From Smithella sp. (GTDB taxonomy: Bacteria > Desulfobacterota > Syntrophia > Syntrophales > Smithellaceae), in assembly GCA_012522275.1 (NCBI GenBank), contig JAAYKU010000052.1:1-62736 (forward strand): 62,736 nucleotides of DNA. Reading direction: 5' to 3'. The notes below the pieces were generated by a model. That model was not told the DNA's origin and searched no databases. It saw nothing but the letters and a program-made list of their open reading frames with translations. The position numbers were made by a program, and so were the translations under genes. Positions 1 to 10,498 of this stretch are shown here, in pieces; positions within the stretch are counted from its first letter, which is position 1; every line of letters starts with the position of its first letter.

Positions 1-19
1 AATATACGCTGTCAACGGC

Positions 20-40
20 TTTTTGCCCGCCGGGCAAAAA
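20..40. repeat. Perfect 9-bp inverted repeat (TTTTTGCCC gcc GGGCAAAAA) upstream of the first SDR gene
   Basis: Read directly from the sequence. The T-run precedes and the A-run follows the stem, so it is not a canonical terminator. It could be an operator or an RNA hairpin. Confidence 0.5.
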
Positions 41-84
41 GTGTCCGTGTATCAACCATACGGCAAAGAAAGGAGTATATCGTT

Positions 85-852
85 TTGGAATTAAAAATGT
101 TTGAAGGAAAAATCGCGCTGGTTACCGGTGCCACGGCAGGCATGGGAAGAGCAACGGCGATCGCTTTTGCCCGGGAGGGGGCCAAAGTGATCATGGCGGC
201 CCGACGCACCGAACGCGGGCAGGAAGTTGTGGAGCAGATCACCGGATTCGGGGGCGAATCCATGTTCGTGAAAACGGACGTCCGCAATCCCGCGGATGTC
301 GATAACCTCTTTAAGACCATCATGGACAAGTACGGCCGGCTTGACTTCGCCTTCAACAACGCCGGCGTATCCTCGCCTCATAACCCGACGGTCATCAAAT
401 ACGAAGATGACGAATGGGACCGGATAATGGAAACCAACCTGCGCGGTGTCTGGCTGTGCATGAAACATGAAATCGACATCATGAAAAAACAAGGAGGTGG
501 CGTGATTATCAACACCGCCTCCATTCTGGGCGTCGTAGGCGACTGGGGACTTAGCCATTATTGTGCCTCCAAGCACGGCAGCCTGGGGCTGGCCAAGACT
601 GCCGCACTGGAGTACTGCAAAGACAATATCCGCATCAATACGATCTGCCCCGGTCCCATTCTGACGGAAATGCTCGAATTCGCGCTTCCCTTCATGCCGA
701 AAATGCTCGATGTAATGGCCGCCAAGACGGCACTGCGCCGCATCGGCCAGCCGGAAGAAATCGCGGGCGCCGCCCTGTGGCTTTGCACGGACGAGGCGGC
801 ATTCATGATGGGCAAGGAAATCGCCATCGACGGCGGCTATATCACCTACTAA
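85..852 (+). CDS. Short-chain dehydrogenase/reductase (SDR) family oxidoreductase
   Basis: Contains VTGATAGMG (TGxxxGxG), NNAG and YCASK (YxxxK). TTG start with AGGAG 9 nt upstream. Confidence 0.85.
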   Translation: MELKMFEGKIALVTGATAGMGRATAIAFAREGAKVIMAARRTERGQEVVEQITGFGGESMFVKTDVRNPADVDNLFKTIMDKYGRLDFAFNNAGVSSPHNPTVIKYEDDEWDRIMETNLRGVWLCMKHEIDIMKKQGGGVIINTASILGVVGDWGLSHYCASKHGSLGLAKTAALEYCKDNIRINTICPGPILTEMLEFALPFMPKMLDVMAAKTALRRIGQPEEIAGAALWLCTDEAAFMMGKEIAIDGGYITY

Positions 853-871
853 TGCACAAAGGAGACACACA

Positions 872-1642
872 TTGAATACGAAAAGATATCAGGACAAAGT
901 CGTACTTGTTACCGGAGGCAATTCCGGCATCGGCCGGGCAACTGCTTTTGCCTTCGCCCGTGAAGGGGCCCGTGTGATCATCGCCGCGCGCCGCGAAAAA
1001 GAAGGAGACCAGACGGCAGAGGAAATAAAATCCATGGGGGGCAGCGCCCTTTTTGTAAAAACGGACCTGCGCGAGGCGTCTCAAATAAACGCTTTGTTTG
1101 CCGCAATTAAAGAAAAATACGGCAGGCTGGATTGCGCCTTCAACAACGCGGGCGCCTGGCCCGCCATGAAACGGGCCGGCAATTACACGCTCGAGGAATT
1201 CGACGAAATCATGAACATCAACGTCAAGGCCGTCTGGCGCTGCATGAAGCACGAAATCTCCATGATGATCGACGCAGGCGGCGGCTCTATCGTCAACACA
1301 TCATCCACCGCCGGCTGGGGAGGCCGGGAAGGCACATCCCTTTACACTTCCAGCAAACATGCGGTAATCGGCCTTACACGCGCTGCAGCAGTGGAATTCG
1401 GCCGCAAGAATATACGCATCAACGCCGTGTGCCCGGGCATCACGCAAACGCCGATGCTGGAGCGGCAACTGGCCCAAGGAGGCGAGACGCTCAAAAAGGC
1501 GATGCTTGATATGACGCCGTTGGGTCGCTTTGCCCAACCGGAGGAAATCGCCGGGGCGGTGTTGTTTTTGTGCTCACAGGCCGCATCCTATATCACCGCA
1601 AAAAGCATTGTCATCGGCGGCGGCCAGGGAATCAGAACTTGA
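872..1642 (+). CDS. SDR family oxidoreductase, tandem paralogue of the previous gene
   Basis: Contains VTGGNSGIG, NNAG and YTSSK. TTG start with AGGAG 7 nt upstream. Confidence 0.85.
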   Translation: MNTKRYQDKVVLVTGGNSGIGRATAFAFAREGARVIIAARREKEGDQTAEEIKSMGGSALFVKTDLREASQINALFAAIKEKYGRLDCAFNNAGAWPAMKRAGNYTLEEFDEIMNINVKAVWRCMKHEISMMIDAGGGSIVNTSSTAGWGGREGTSLYTSSKHAVIGLTRAAAVEFGRKNIRINAVCPGITQTPMLERQLAQGGETLKKAMLDMTPLGRFAQPEEIAGAVLFLCSQAASYITAKSIVIGGGQGIRT

Positions 1643-1761
1643 GATAAAGGAGGGCAGATAAAGACGTCTCCCCTCTTCAGTCCGGCGAATGCCGGATTAA
1701 ATCATTCCCTGCAAGCTCATGGCTCGCAGCTCATAGTTTGAAGATTGGACGGTGGCAGGTT

Positions 1762-1794
1762 GGAGCCGTCCTCCGCCGGCGGGAGGACAGCTCC
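1762..1794. terminator. Imperfect GC-rich hairpin between convergent genes
   Basis: GTCCTCC gccggcg GGAGGAC core flanked by GGAGC/GCTCC. No clear U-tract. Confidence 0.3.
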
Positions 1795-1864
1795 ATGTCG
1801 CTCTTTCCGCTACGGGCTGCGAATTTAGAGCTTTATCCCATCGCCTTTTGCCTTCAGCCCTTTG

Positions 1865-2605
1865 TCAGTCCAGGTCAATGACTGTTGCGCCGTCGGGCGC
1901 GGTGAGTTCAAAAACTTTCATGTCCCCCGCGCTTTCCACCTTCAGGTCCGTATAGCGCAAGATTGCGCAGGCCGAGCCGTTCGTAAGGCGAAAGACAATC
2001 CTGCCGGGCGCGGCCGGCCCCGTCCGGTAGTCGTCAAACAAGACGCGATACACTTCTTTTTGCGCCTCATCATAGCGAATAAGCTCCCTGATGAGTCCCG
2101 CTTGCCGGCCCGCCGGCGCGGGGCCGTCCGAAGGTGGTTTTGTATTGCCGCCTGCCTGATTTTCATCTTCAAGATACCGGCAGGAAAGGTGGCCCTTTTC
2201 AGGCACAAAGCACTCACCCGACAAAATCGCCACCATCTCTTCTACACTCACCGCCCAGGGAAGGAAGCGGGCCAGGTTTTCAGCGGACGGTTTCCCGGAG
2301 TAAAACTCCGCCCGCGACGGTATGAAAACACTCATGCGACCGGGCGACGCCGCCAGGTATAAGTCGGGGGGGCCGATCAAGGGCAGCAACTCCAGGCGCA
2401 GCCAGGAAGGGCTTTGCACAATCAGTGCGGCGCGCAGCGGATAATTCCCTTTTTCGGTCGCCAGGTCAATTTGCGCCACGGCAACAAGTCTGCCGGCCGG
2501 CTGCTGCATTGTGTCTGTGGGAAAGCGCCAAGCGCAACCGCAGATAAAAATGAAAACAAGCGCGCATGCCATGCCATAGCGCAAAGACGACACACAGCAA
2601 ACCAT
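1865..2605 (-). CDS. Putative lipoprotein, LolB-like/DUF4292-like
   Basis: N-terminus has a lipobox-like FICGC after a hydrophobic stretch. It lies downstream of the TPR lipoprotein. The family call is tentative and the start is uncertain (ATG at 2605 or 2572). Confidence 0.45.
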   Translation of the reverse strand: MVCCVSSLRYGMACALVFIFICGCAWRFPTDTMQQPAGRLVAVAQIDLATEKGNYPLRAALIVQSPSWLRLELLPLIGPPDLYLAASPGRMSVFIPSRAEFYSGKPSAENLARFLPWAVSVEEMVAILSGECFVPEKGHLSCRYLEDENQAGGNTKPPSDGPAPAGRQAGLIRELIRYDEAQKEVYRVLFDDYRTGPAAPGRIVFRLTNGSACAILRYTDLKVESAGDMKVFELTAPDGATVIDLD

Positions 2606-2652
2606 ATCGGACACACTTTCCGCCGCCGGTGGGCGGCACGCTCCTTGTGTGC

Positions 2653-4359
2653 TCAGGGAGCTTTGTCGAGGTTGTCGATTTTCTTTTTCAGTATGAGACT
2701 GTCCGGAGATATTTTTATGGCTCTGCGATAAAATTCCAACGCCCGGCGGGGGCTGTCTGTTTTCAGATAGACATCGCCCAGATGCTCGAGGATATTGGGA
2801 TCATCCGGCAGAAGCTCCAGCGCCCTTTTAAGATGCTTCAGCGCGCTTTCAAATTTGTTCTGCCTGAAATGAACCCAGCCCAGCGAATCGATGATATACC
2901 CATTGTCCGGCTTGAGTTCCATCGCCTGCAAAATGAACCGCTCCGCCTCATCCAGATTTATCCCCCTGTCCGCATAAGTGTAACCGATGAAGTTGAGCGC
3001 GTCCGCGTTTTTCGGGTCAATTTCGAGCACTTTTTCCATCTGCCTGATGCTTTCTTCAAAGCGGTTCGTCTTTTCCAAAAGGGTTCCGAAAACATAATGG
3101 AGATCTGTGTTCCGCGGAACCAGCTCGATACCCGTCACGATTGTTTTTTCCGCCGCGGCCATGTCTCTTATCTCCTCATACAGTGAGGACAGATAAAGAT
3201 AAAGCACGGCCTGGTCGTTTTTTTGCTCCAACGCCCGCACCATGACCGAGACCGCCTCGTTCGGCCGCCCGAACTTCTTGAGAATCATCGCCGCCTGAAT
3301 CTGCGCGTTGGCGTATAATTCAAACGAGGGAGAAATTTTCTGATAATGGAGGCCGGCTCCGTCGTGGTCGCCCTTCTGGTCCAGCGTGTTGGCGAGCATA
3401 TAACGCAATTTGTCGTCACCGGGCGCCCCTTCCAGAAGACGGGAAAATTCGTCGGCCGCTCGTTCAAAATTGCGTAGATCATAATACAGAAGCCCCAGCG
3501 TCGTGCGCACCTCGCGGTTGTCCGGCGTAATTTTCAGTATCTCCTGAAGCTCTTTTTCGGCTTCGTCCGGCCGACCTGCCTTTTTGTGCAGCTCGGAGAT
3601 TTTCGCACGGTAATTGATCCGCGCGGGGTTTGCCTCCAGATAGCGCCGATACACGCCGATAGCCTCGTCATATTGTTTTCTGGTTTCATAAAGACCGGCG
3701 AGGCTCTGCCAGGCCGCCTCGAAGGCCGGCCTCAGCGCCGTCGCCTTTTGCAAAAGCGCCTCCGCTTCGGCCCAGCGCTGCATCTGCATGAGGGTCTTGG
3801 CGTAATAATACATCCCGATGATGTTTTCCGAATCCATCGCCAGCAGCTTCCGATAGGCGCTTTCGGCCAGATCATATTTCTTTTCCTGCGCGTGAATCGT
3901 CGCCAGGTAGAGGTAGGCGACAAGATTATGCGGGTCATGAGCGATGATCGTTTCGTATTCACGGGCCGCCTTGTCATAATCGCGCACGGAAAAATACAGG
4001 CCGCCCATGATGGAGCGCAGCTCCATATTTTTCGGGTCTCCGGCCAGCGACGCCTCGCCCAGCGACATGGCTGTTTCCGTATCGTTGTTCTCCACATGAA
4101 GGGAGACAAGCTCTGTAGCCAGGTAGGAGGATTCGGGGTCATGGACAAGCGCCTGCTTCAGCTCGCCGATGGCGCCCGGCAGGTCGCCGCCGCGCCTGAG
4201 GAGCACAGACAGTGAATAATGATAGGCGGCCTGCGCGGAAAACTTTCCGGCAGCAACAGGAGCCTGCGCCGGCTTGCGCTGCGGCGACGAGGCACACCCG
4301 GCAAGACCCGCTGCAAGAAGCAGGCAGGCGATGACGAAGCTGATGGTTTTTTTCGCCAT
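2653..4359 (-). CDS. TPR-repeat lipoprotein
   Basis: Start chosen at MAKKTISFVIACLLLAAGLAGC, a signal peptide with lipobox. Many TPR-like repeats (AxxxYxxAL...P). The longer ORF-track start would overlap the upstream gene. Confidence 0.8.
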   Translation of the reverse strand: MAKKTISFVIACLLLAAGLAGCASSPQRKPAQAPVAAGKFSAQAAYHYSLSVLLRRGGDLPGAIGELKQALVHDPESSYLATELVSLHVENNDTETAMSLGEASLAGDPKNMELRSIMGGLYFSVRDYDKAAREYETIIAHDPHNLVAYLYLATIHAQEKKYDLAESAYRKLLAMDSENIIGMYYYAKTLMQMQRWAEAEALLQKATALRPAFEAAWQSLAGLYETRKQYDEAIGVYRRYLEANPARINYRAKISELHKKAGRPDEAEKELQEILKITPDNREVRTTLGLLYYDLRNFERAADEFSRLLEGAPGDDKLRYMLANTLDQKGDHDGAGLHYQKISPSFELYANAQIQAAMILKKFGRPNEAVSVMVRALEQKNDQAVLYLYLSSLYEEIRDMAAAEKTIVTGIELVPRNTDLHYVFGTLLEKTNRFEESIRQMEKVLEIDPKNADALNFIGYTYADRGINLDEAERFILQAMELKPDNGYIIDSLGWVHFRQNKFESALKHLKRALELLPDDPNILEHLGDVYLKTDSPRRALEFYRRAIKISPDSLILKKKIDNLDKAP

Positions 4360-4408
4360 GAATTTTCCTTGTCTGTCCATGAGGTTTTTAATGTGCCCGT
4401 GTGCCCGC

Positions 4409-5401
4409 CTATGAAACAGCCGGGCCGAGCAGCTTCGACACGGGAACGATCTCGACACCCTTTTGACGTAAAACCCCGCTTGCGTCACGGAGGACCCGGA
4501 TCGTCTCCGGATAGGGGTGCCCGATAATGATCATCGGCGTACGGCTAGCATCCCCTTCGGCTGCGTTCATCAGGATTTGATATATTTTAGCGTAATCTCG
4601 TTCATTATCCAGAAATATTCTACGCGAGGCAATCTTGAGCCGGACCTTGCCGGAGGCGACATCCGCTTTCGATTTTCCCGTCGTGCGCGAATCGATGAAA
4701 AACAAATTGCGTTTTTTCAGCTGCCGGAAAATCACCGTCAGCTTGTCTTCATCGGCCATGAACCTGGAGCCCATATGGTTGTTGACGCCGGAAATATAAG
4801 GCACGCAATCGAGATTTTTGTTCAGCTGCTCGATCAACTCCTCAGGGCTCATGTCTGTAAACAAAGCGCCGTCGCCCGGTTTTTCCTTCGGGTAGGAAAG
4901 AGGCTCCATGGGCAGATGAAGCAAAGTTTCCCGCCCCGCCTTATGCAGTGTCTCCGCCGCCTGGCGGGAATGAGCCACAAACGGCAAAATGGCGAAAGTG
5001 ATCTCCTCGTTAATACTCAAAAGGTCATGCACCAGCTTCATATCGTGGCCGATATCGTCGATGATGATGGCTATCTGTTTTTGCACCATGCCCGGAGGAA
5101 TAATTTTGGCAACGACTGTTTTTCCCTTTGTCTTCTCCCCCGCCACATCTTTTGCCCCGGCCGCTTCCGGTTTTTTCCCTTCCCGGGCGTCAGAGACCGC
5201 CGGTCCGGACGGAGCTTGTGCACCCGCTTTTTCCGCAGCGGCGCCGGGCCTTGTCTGTTCACGCCCCGCCGTAATCATTTTTCTGCCGGCGGGAATTTCC
5301 TTTTCCGCGAACTGAACGACATAAACAATGGCGGCGACAGACAAAACGATCAAAACGGTTAGAAGCGCCGGCAAAATTTTTTTTCTGTTTTTCTTTTTCA
5401 T
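4409..5401 (-). CDS. Divergent polysaccharide deacetylase family protein (YibQ-like)
   Basis: N-terminal TM segment and low-complexity linker. The IIDDIGH...AILPF...LHLPMEP pattern is typical of the YibQ family. Confidence 0.75.
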   Translation of the reverse strand: MKKKNRKKILPALLTVLIVLSVAAIVYVVQFAEKEIPAGRKMITAGREQTRPGAAAEKAGAQAPSGPAVSDAREGKKPEAAGAKDVAGEKTKGKTVVAKIIPPGMVQKQIAIIIDDIGHDMKLVHDLLSINEEITFAILPFVAHSRQAAETLHKAGRETLLHLPMEPLSYPKEKPGDGALFTDMSPEELIEQLNKNLDCVPYISGVNNHMGSRFMADEDKLTVIFRQLKKRNLFFIDSRTTGKSKADVASGKVRLKIASRRIFLDNERDYAKIYQILMNAAEGDASRTPMIIIGHPYPETIRVLRDASGVLRQKGVEIVPVSKLLGPAVS

Positions 5402-5432
5402 GACACTTATGGAGACTTTCCTGAATCGCGCA

Positions 5433-6752
5433 TTACCGGTTCAGATTGTTTTGCATGATCTGCCAGCTTTTCAAAATATCAATCGCCGTCTTGAGCTGGC
5501 TGTCACGGGCGATATCAGTCGCCTCTTGAACGGCTTTTGAGTTGTTCTCTTCGAGCTTCGTGCCATCCTCTCCGGCCGGACTGATGTGGCCCTCCAGGTC
5601 CTTTTCACGAAGCATCTCCTCCGGCCCGGCCTCCTTTTCTCCATCGGGGCGCAAAAGTTTTACGACGATGTCCGGTTTAATCCCTTCCGCCTGAATGGAT
5701 TTCCCGCTGGGTGTGTAATAGCGCGCCGTGGTCAGCTTCAGGGCGGAGCCGTCCTCCAGCGGAATGACCGTCTGCACGGAGGCTTTGCCGAATGTCTGTG
5801 TGCCTACGATAAGCGCGCGGCCGTTATCCTGCAGGGCGCCCGCCACAATCTCGGCGGCGCTGGCTGTCCCCTCGTTGACCAGCACAACCATGGGAACCGT
5901 AACGTCCCTGTCACCGTCGTCGCGAGCGCTCGATTTCGTTTCCATCGTTTTGGTCCTGCCGCGCGTAGAGACAATCACGCCGCTCTTTAAAAACATATCG
6001 GAAACTTCAATGGCCTGATTGAGCAGACCGCCCGGATCATTACGCAGATCCAGCACCAGGCCTTTCATCGGCTTTGCCTTAACGCTCAGCTCATCGAGCG
6101 CTTTGCGCAGGTCCGCGGCTGTTCTTTCGTGAAAGGAGGCAAGACGGATATAGCCGATATGATCATCAAATATTTTCGCCTTCACGCTTTTGATCTGGAT
6201 CATCGCCCGCGTCAGTGTGATGTCCCGCGGCTGGGGCGTGTTTTCCCTCATGATGGTGATGGTGACCTGGGAGCCTTTCGGGCCGCGCAGTTTTTTCACC
6301 GCTTCCATGATGGTAATATCTTTTGTGGATTTTCCGTCGATTTTGATAATCTGATCGCCGGAAAGCACGCCCGCATTGAAAGCCGGCGTATCCTCGATCG
6401 GCGAAACAACCGTCAGCACATCGCGCAGGATGGTGATCTCGATGCCTATGCCGCCGAACTGCCCTTGAGTTTCCACTTCAAGTTCCTTATAAAGGTCAGC
6501 AGTCATAAAAGTGCTGTGCGGGTCAAGGGTTTTGATCATGCCGTTTACCGCTCCCTGAATCAAAGCGCCAAGATCGACTTCATCCACATAGTTTTTCTGT
6601 ACGATATCCAGAACCTCATTGAATGTTTTGAGGTTCTTATAAATGCTCTTGTCCGGTGCGGCCTCCCTGCTTGCGGAGTAAGTACCGAACACGGCAAAAA
6701 GTACGATGAAAATGACCGCAAATACCGACAATTTGCCCCATGTATTTTTCAT
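5433..6752 (-). CDS. ctpA: S41 family carboxy-terminal processing protease
   Basis: Signal anchor, a PDZ-like segment (GDQIIKIDG) and an S41 core (LDLRNDPGG, VLVNEGTASAAEI). Confidence 0.85.
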   Translation of the reverse strand: MKNTWGKLSVFAVIFIVLFAVFGTYSASREAAPDKSIYKNLKTFNEVLDIVQKNYVDEVDLGALIQGAVNGMIKTLDPHSTFMTADLYKELEVETQGQFGGIGIEITILRDVLTVVSPIEDTPAFNAGVLSGDQIIKIDGKSTKDITIMEAVKKLRGPKGSQVTITIMRENTPQPRDITLTRAMIQIKSVKAKIFDDHIGYIRLASFHERTAADLRKALDELSVKAKPMKGLVLDLRNDPGGLLNQAIEVSDMFLKSGVIVSTRGRTKTMETKSSARDDGDRDVTVPMVVLVNEGTASAAEIVAGALQDNGRALIVGTQTFGKASVQTVIPLEDGSALKLTTARYYTPSGKSIQAEGIKPDIVVKLLRPDGEKEAGPEEMLREKDLEGHISPAGEDGTKLEENNSKAVQEATDIARDSQLKTAIDILKSWQIMQNNLNR

Positions 6753-6928
6753 GCCCGCCTCACTTTGACGAAGTTTTTTTCATAATGACAGAAATGTTTT
6801 CAACTTTAAAAGTATATACCACTGTCGCTGCTTTTTTCCATACATTTCGGCAGACACGGCATATCATCGCGGCGGACGCGCCCGCAGGAAAGCGCCGCGT
6901 GCCGGCGGGAAAGCAGCCTGCAGATGGT

Positions 6929-8401
6929 CTAGTCGACTGACCAGACGGTGCGGCCGGCTGAATCTTTGAGCATAATATTTTTGTCGGCGAGTTCTTTGCG
7001 GATATCGTCGGCCAGCGTCCAGTCCTTATCGTCGCGTGCCTTTTGCCTTTTGGCAATCATCATCTCCACCCATGAGACATCCAGGCCGCTTTTACCCGCT
7101 TCTATGGAGCGGTCGGCCATGAAAAATTCATCCGGGTCGGACTGAAAAACACCCAGCACATTGCCGAAATGGACAAACGCGCCGGCGGCGATATCGAGCT
7201 GTGCCCTGAGGGCTGCGTCAGGCATCTTTTTTCCTGCCGCGGCAATCTGATTGGCCTGACGGGCCGCTTCAAAAACATATCCCAGAGCCTGCGCCGTATT
7301 GAAGTCATCATCGAGCGCCATGTCAAACTTGCTCACGAATTCATCCCAGCGGCCGGCCTCGTCCGACCCGGACTCCCTTTGCCCCCCGACATCTTGATTG
7401 CCGGCCTGCTTTTTCGCCTCCTTGAGCGCCTGCAGGGCTGTGTAACCGCGAATCAGCGCGGCTCTGGCCTCTTTGAGGGAATCCTCCGAAAAATCGACGG
7501 GGCTGCGGTAATGGCTTTGAAGCATGAACAGGCGCAGCACCTCCGGGTGATAGCGGCTGATCATGTCACGGATGGAAAAGGTATTGCCCAGCGACTTGGA
7601 CATTTTCTCGGCGTTTATTTTAACAAAACCGTTATGCAGCCAGTAGCGGGCAAACGGCTTGCCGGTTGCCGCCTCGGACTGCGCAGCTTCATTTTCGTGA
7701 TGTGGAAAAACCAGGTCCTCGCCTCCTCCGTGGATGTCGAACGTATCCCCCAGATAGCGGCGGCTCATCGCCGAACACTCGATGTGCCAGCCCGGCCTGC
7801 CCTTCCCCCAGGGGCTGTCCCAGGAGGGCTCTCCCTCCTTACTTTTTTTCCATAAAACAAAATCCAGGGGATTGCGTTTTTTGTCATTGATGTCCACGCG
7901 CGCTCCGGCCATCATGTCGTCAAGCTTGCGGCCGGATAACCCTCCGTAAGCGGGATAGCGATCAACGCCGAAAAATACATCACCGTCCGCCTCGTAGGCG
8001 ATGCCCTTTTGCTCGAGCATTTTGATCAGCTCGATCATCTCCGCCATGTGCTCGGTGGCTTTAGGCGTCACGGTAGGGGTTAAAACATTCAGCGCGGCCA
8101 TGTCCTCATCATGCAGGCGGATGTAGCGTTCACTTAACTGGCCGGTGGTAACGCCCTCGCGACCGGCCCGTTCAATGATCTTGTCGTCGATATCTGTAAA
8201 GTTTTTCACGTACGTCACCTGATAGCCGCGGGCCTTCAGATGGCGGAAAATAACGTCAAAAACAACGGCGGCGCGCGCGTGTCCGATATGACAGAGATCA
8301 TAGGCCGTTATGCCGCAGACGTATATTCCTATCGCGCCTTCGTGCAGAGGCTGTAACACTTCCTTGCGTCTCGTTTTCGTGTTGTAAATTTTTTGCGCCA
8401 T
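6929..8401 (-). CDS. cysS: Cysteine--tRNA ligase (canonical)
   Basis: Contains VCGITAYD..HIGHAR, GWHIECSAM, FPHHENE and KMSKSLGN, plus a C-terminal anticodon-binding tail. Confidence 0.95.
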   Translation of the reverse strand: MAQKIYNTKTRRKEVLQPLHEGAIGIYVCGITAYDLCHIGHARAAVVFDVIFRHLKARGYQVTYVKNFTDIDDKIIERAGREGVTTGQLSERYIRLHDEDMAALNVLTPTVTPKATEHMAEMIELIKMLEQKGIAYEADGDVFFGVDRYPAYGGLSGRKLDDMMAGARVDINDKKRNPLDFVLWKKSKEGEPSWDSPWGKGRPGWHIECSAMSRRYLGDTFDIHGGGEDLVFPHHENEAAQSEAATGKPFARYWLHNGFVKINAEKMSKSLGNTFSIRDMISRYHPEVLRLFMLQSHYRSPVDFSEDSLKEARAALIRGYTALQALKEAKKQAGNQDVGGQRESGSDEAGRWDEFVSKFDMALDDDFNTAQALGYVFEAARQANQIAAAGKKMPDAALRAQLDIAAGAFVHFGNVLGVFQSDPDEFFMADRSIEAGKSGLDVSWVEMMIAKRQKARDDKDWTLADDIRKELADKNIMLKDSAGRTVWSVD

Positions 8402-8413
8402 TTTTTTCCTTAA

Positions 8414-9454
8414 TCAGGGATAAACGGGAACCGCCGCCAGTCCGCTCTCCTCCGGCAGCCCGAAGATTATGTTCATGTTCTGCACAGCCTGCCCGGCCGC
8501 TCCTTTGACCAGATTGTCAATCGCGGATACGACAATGACGCGGCCGGTCCTGGGATCGCAAACCATCCCGACGTCACAGTAATTCGACCCGCATACGGAT
8601 GATATGTTGGGAATGTCGCCTGCCGGCAGCACACGCACAAACTTTTCCACTTCATAAAAAGAAGCATAGATGTCCTGCAGCCCGGCCGTGGATATGTCCC
8701 GTTTGAGGGTGGCGTAAATCGTGCTCAGAATGCCTCTTTTCACCGGCAGCAGATGAGGCGTGAAACTGACCGCGAAGCTCTCGCCGGCCAGAACGCCCAG
8801 CTCCTGTTCAATTTCAGGCGTGTGGCGGTGATTACCCACTTTGTATGCCTTGTATCCTCCGTCCACCTCGCAAAACAGTGAGCCGACAACCGGATCCCGC
8901 CCGGCGCCGCTTACGCCCGAGGCACAATCGGCGATAATGGAATCAACCTCGATCAGGCCGTTTTTCAGAAGCGGCGCCAGCCCCAGAATGATGCATGTCG
9001 GGTAGCAGCCGGGATTGGCAATCAGGCCCGCCTTGTCTATCTGCCGCCGGTACAGCTCGGGAAGGCCGTAAACCGCCTGCCCGATAAGAGCGGCGCTTTT
9101 GTGGGGTACATACCACTTTTCATATTCGGCTAAATCTCGCAGACGGTAATCGGCGGAAAGATCAATGACCTTTCTGCCCGCCTCGACAAAGGCGGGCGCG
9201 ATCTCCATGGAAACCCCGTGCGGCAGGGCAAGAAAAACGACATCACACAGTGCGGCAATCTCCTGCGGTGTGGCATCCGCATACACAAGCGAGGTGAAGC
9301 CGGCAAGAGACGGAAAGACTTTGGCCACCGGCACGCCCGCGTAGCGCCTGGACGTGACGGCCGTCAACTGTACCTCCGGGTGGCGTGACAATATTCTGAT
9401 GAGCTCCTGGCCCGTATAACCGCTGGCTCCGTAAACAGCTGCTTTAATTTTCAT
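8414..9454 (-). CDS. argC: N-acetyl-gamma-glutamyl-phosphate reductase
   Basis: Contains VYGASGYTG and NPGCYPT (catalytic Cys). ATG at 9454 has GGAG 6 nt upstream; the ORF-track TTG start overlaps that SD. Confidence 0.9.
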   Translation of the reverse strand: MKIKAAVYGASGYTGQELIRILSRHPEVQLTAVTSRRYAGVPVAKVFPSLAGFTSLVYADATPQEIAALCDVVFLALPHGVSMEIAPAFVEAGRKVIDLSADYRLRDLAEYEKWYVPHKSAALIGQAVYGLPELYRRQIDKAGLIANPGCYPTCIILGLAPLLKNGLIEVDSIIADCASGVSGAGRDPVVGSLFCEVDGGYKAYKVGNHRHTPEIEQELGVLAGESFAVSFTPHLLPVKRGILSTIYATLKRDISTAGLQDIYASFYEVEKFVRVLPAGDIPNISSVCGSNYCDVGMVCDPRTGRVIVVSAIDNLVKGAAGQAVQNMNIIFGLPEESGLAAVPVYP

Positions 9455-9464
9455 AAGACTCTCC

Positions 9465-9490
9465 AAAAAAAAGGGGGCCTGAAAGCCCCC
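9465..9490 (-). terminator. Rho-independent terminator after rpsI
   Basis: Minus strand reads GGGGGC uuucag GCCCCC followed by T8. It lies 7 nt after the rpsI stop codon. Confidence 0.7.
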
Positions 9491-9496
9491 TGAACA

Positions 9497-9889
9497 TTAA
9501 CGCTTGGAAAACTGGAATCTCTTTCGTGCGCCCGGCTGTCCGTATTTTTTCCTTTCGACAACACGCGCGTCGCGCGTCAGGAAACCCGCCTTTTTCAGGA
9601 TGGGCCGTAAATCAGCGTCGGCGGCAAGAAGCGCCTTCGAAATGCCGTGCTTCACCGCGCCCGCCTGTCCGGCAACGCCGCCTCCGGCAACGTTGATGTA
9701 AAAATCGAACTGATTGTTCTTGCCGGTAATTTCCAGCGGCTGGCGAATGATCATTTTCAGACTGGGACGGGGAAAATATTCCTCATAGCTTCTTTTATTG
9801 ACGACAATGTTGCCGCTGCCCGGCTTCATATAAACGCGGGCGATTGCACTTTTTCTTTTACCTGTAGCGTAAAAACGTTCTGCTGTCAT
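9497..9889 (-). CDS. rpsI: 30S ribosomal protein S9
   Basis: Starts YATGKRK and ends with the S9 C-terminal tail KRFQFSKR. Confidence 0.97.
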   Translation of the reverse strand: MTAERFYATGKRKSAIARVYMKPGSGNIVVNKRSYEEYFPRPSLKMIIRQPLEITGKNNQFDFYINVAGGGVAGQAGAVKHGISKALLAADADLRPILKKAGFLTRDARVVERKKYGQPGARKRFQFSKR

Positions 9890-9924
9890 GAGTTCTCCAA
9901 ATCAAAAAATTGTTTCTCCGGTCA

Positions 9925-10353
9925 TTACATCGTCCATGCCTGCGGGCACTGGGCTTCATGAGGATGGGTTCCTCCGCTGTAAATCTTGAGCTTCTTGAGC
10001 ATTTTGCGGCCGAGGCTGTTTTTGGGCAGCATGCCGGCCACTGCTATGCGGATTAAATTCTCCGGCTTTTCCGAAAGCATCTTACCGGCTGTCGTTTCTT
10101 TCAGCCCGCCCGGATAACCGGAATGAGAATAGTACATCTTGTCGGTAAGTTTTTTACCGCTCAGACTGATTTTCTGTGCGTTCACGACCACGATAAAATC
10201 GCCTGTATCTACATGAGGCGTGTAAATGGCCTTGTGCTTGCCGCGCAGACGGACGGCAATCTCGCTGGCGAGCCTTCCCAATACTTTGCCGGAGGCATCT
10301 ACCACGTACCAGTCCTGTTTGACTTCCTTTGCTTTTGCTGAAAACGTCTTCAT
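9925..10353 (-). CDS. rplM: 50S ribosomal protein L13
   Basis: Contains [14 protein letters not shown] and [10 protein letters not shown]. Confidence 0.97.
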   Translation of the reverse strand: MKTFSAKAKEVKQDWYVVDASGKVLGRLASEIAVRLRGKHKAIYTPHVDTGDFIVVVNAQKISLSGKKLTDKMYYSHSGYPGGLKETTAGKMLSEKPENLIRIAVAGMLPKNSLGRKMLKKLKIYSGGTHPHEAQCPQAWTM

Positions 10354-10388
10354 ATCAAACCGTCACTTCCCTTAAAAATTAAAGAATA

Positions 10389-10417
10389 CTTTTATGCAAT
10401 TCGCTTCGTTTTGTCAA
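10389..10417 (-). promoter_or_regulatory. Candidate sigma70 promoter for rplM-rpsI
   Basis: Minus strand reads TTGACA, 17-nt spacer, TAAAAG, about 35 nt upstream of the rplM ATG. Confidence 0.3.
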
Positions 10418-10498
10418 GAAAAAACTTTGTTTGGCCCCGCCACAGAAGGCCCGCCGGCACACGCGCAAAGCGTGAGCCAGCGGGTTGAAAACATTCAA

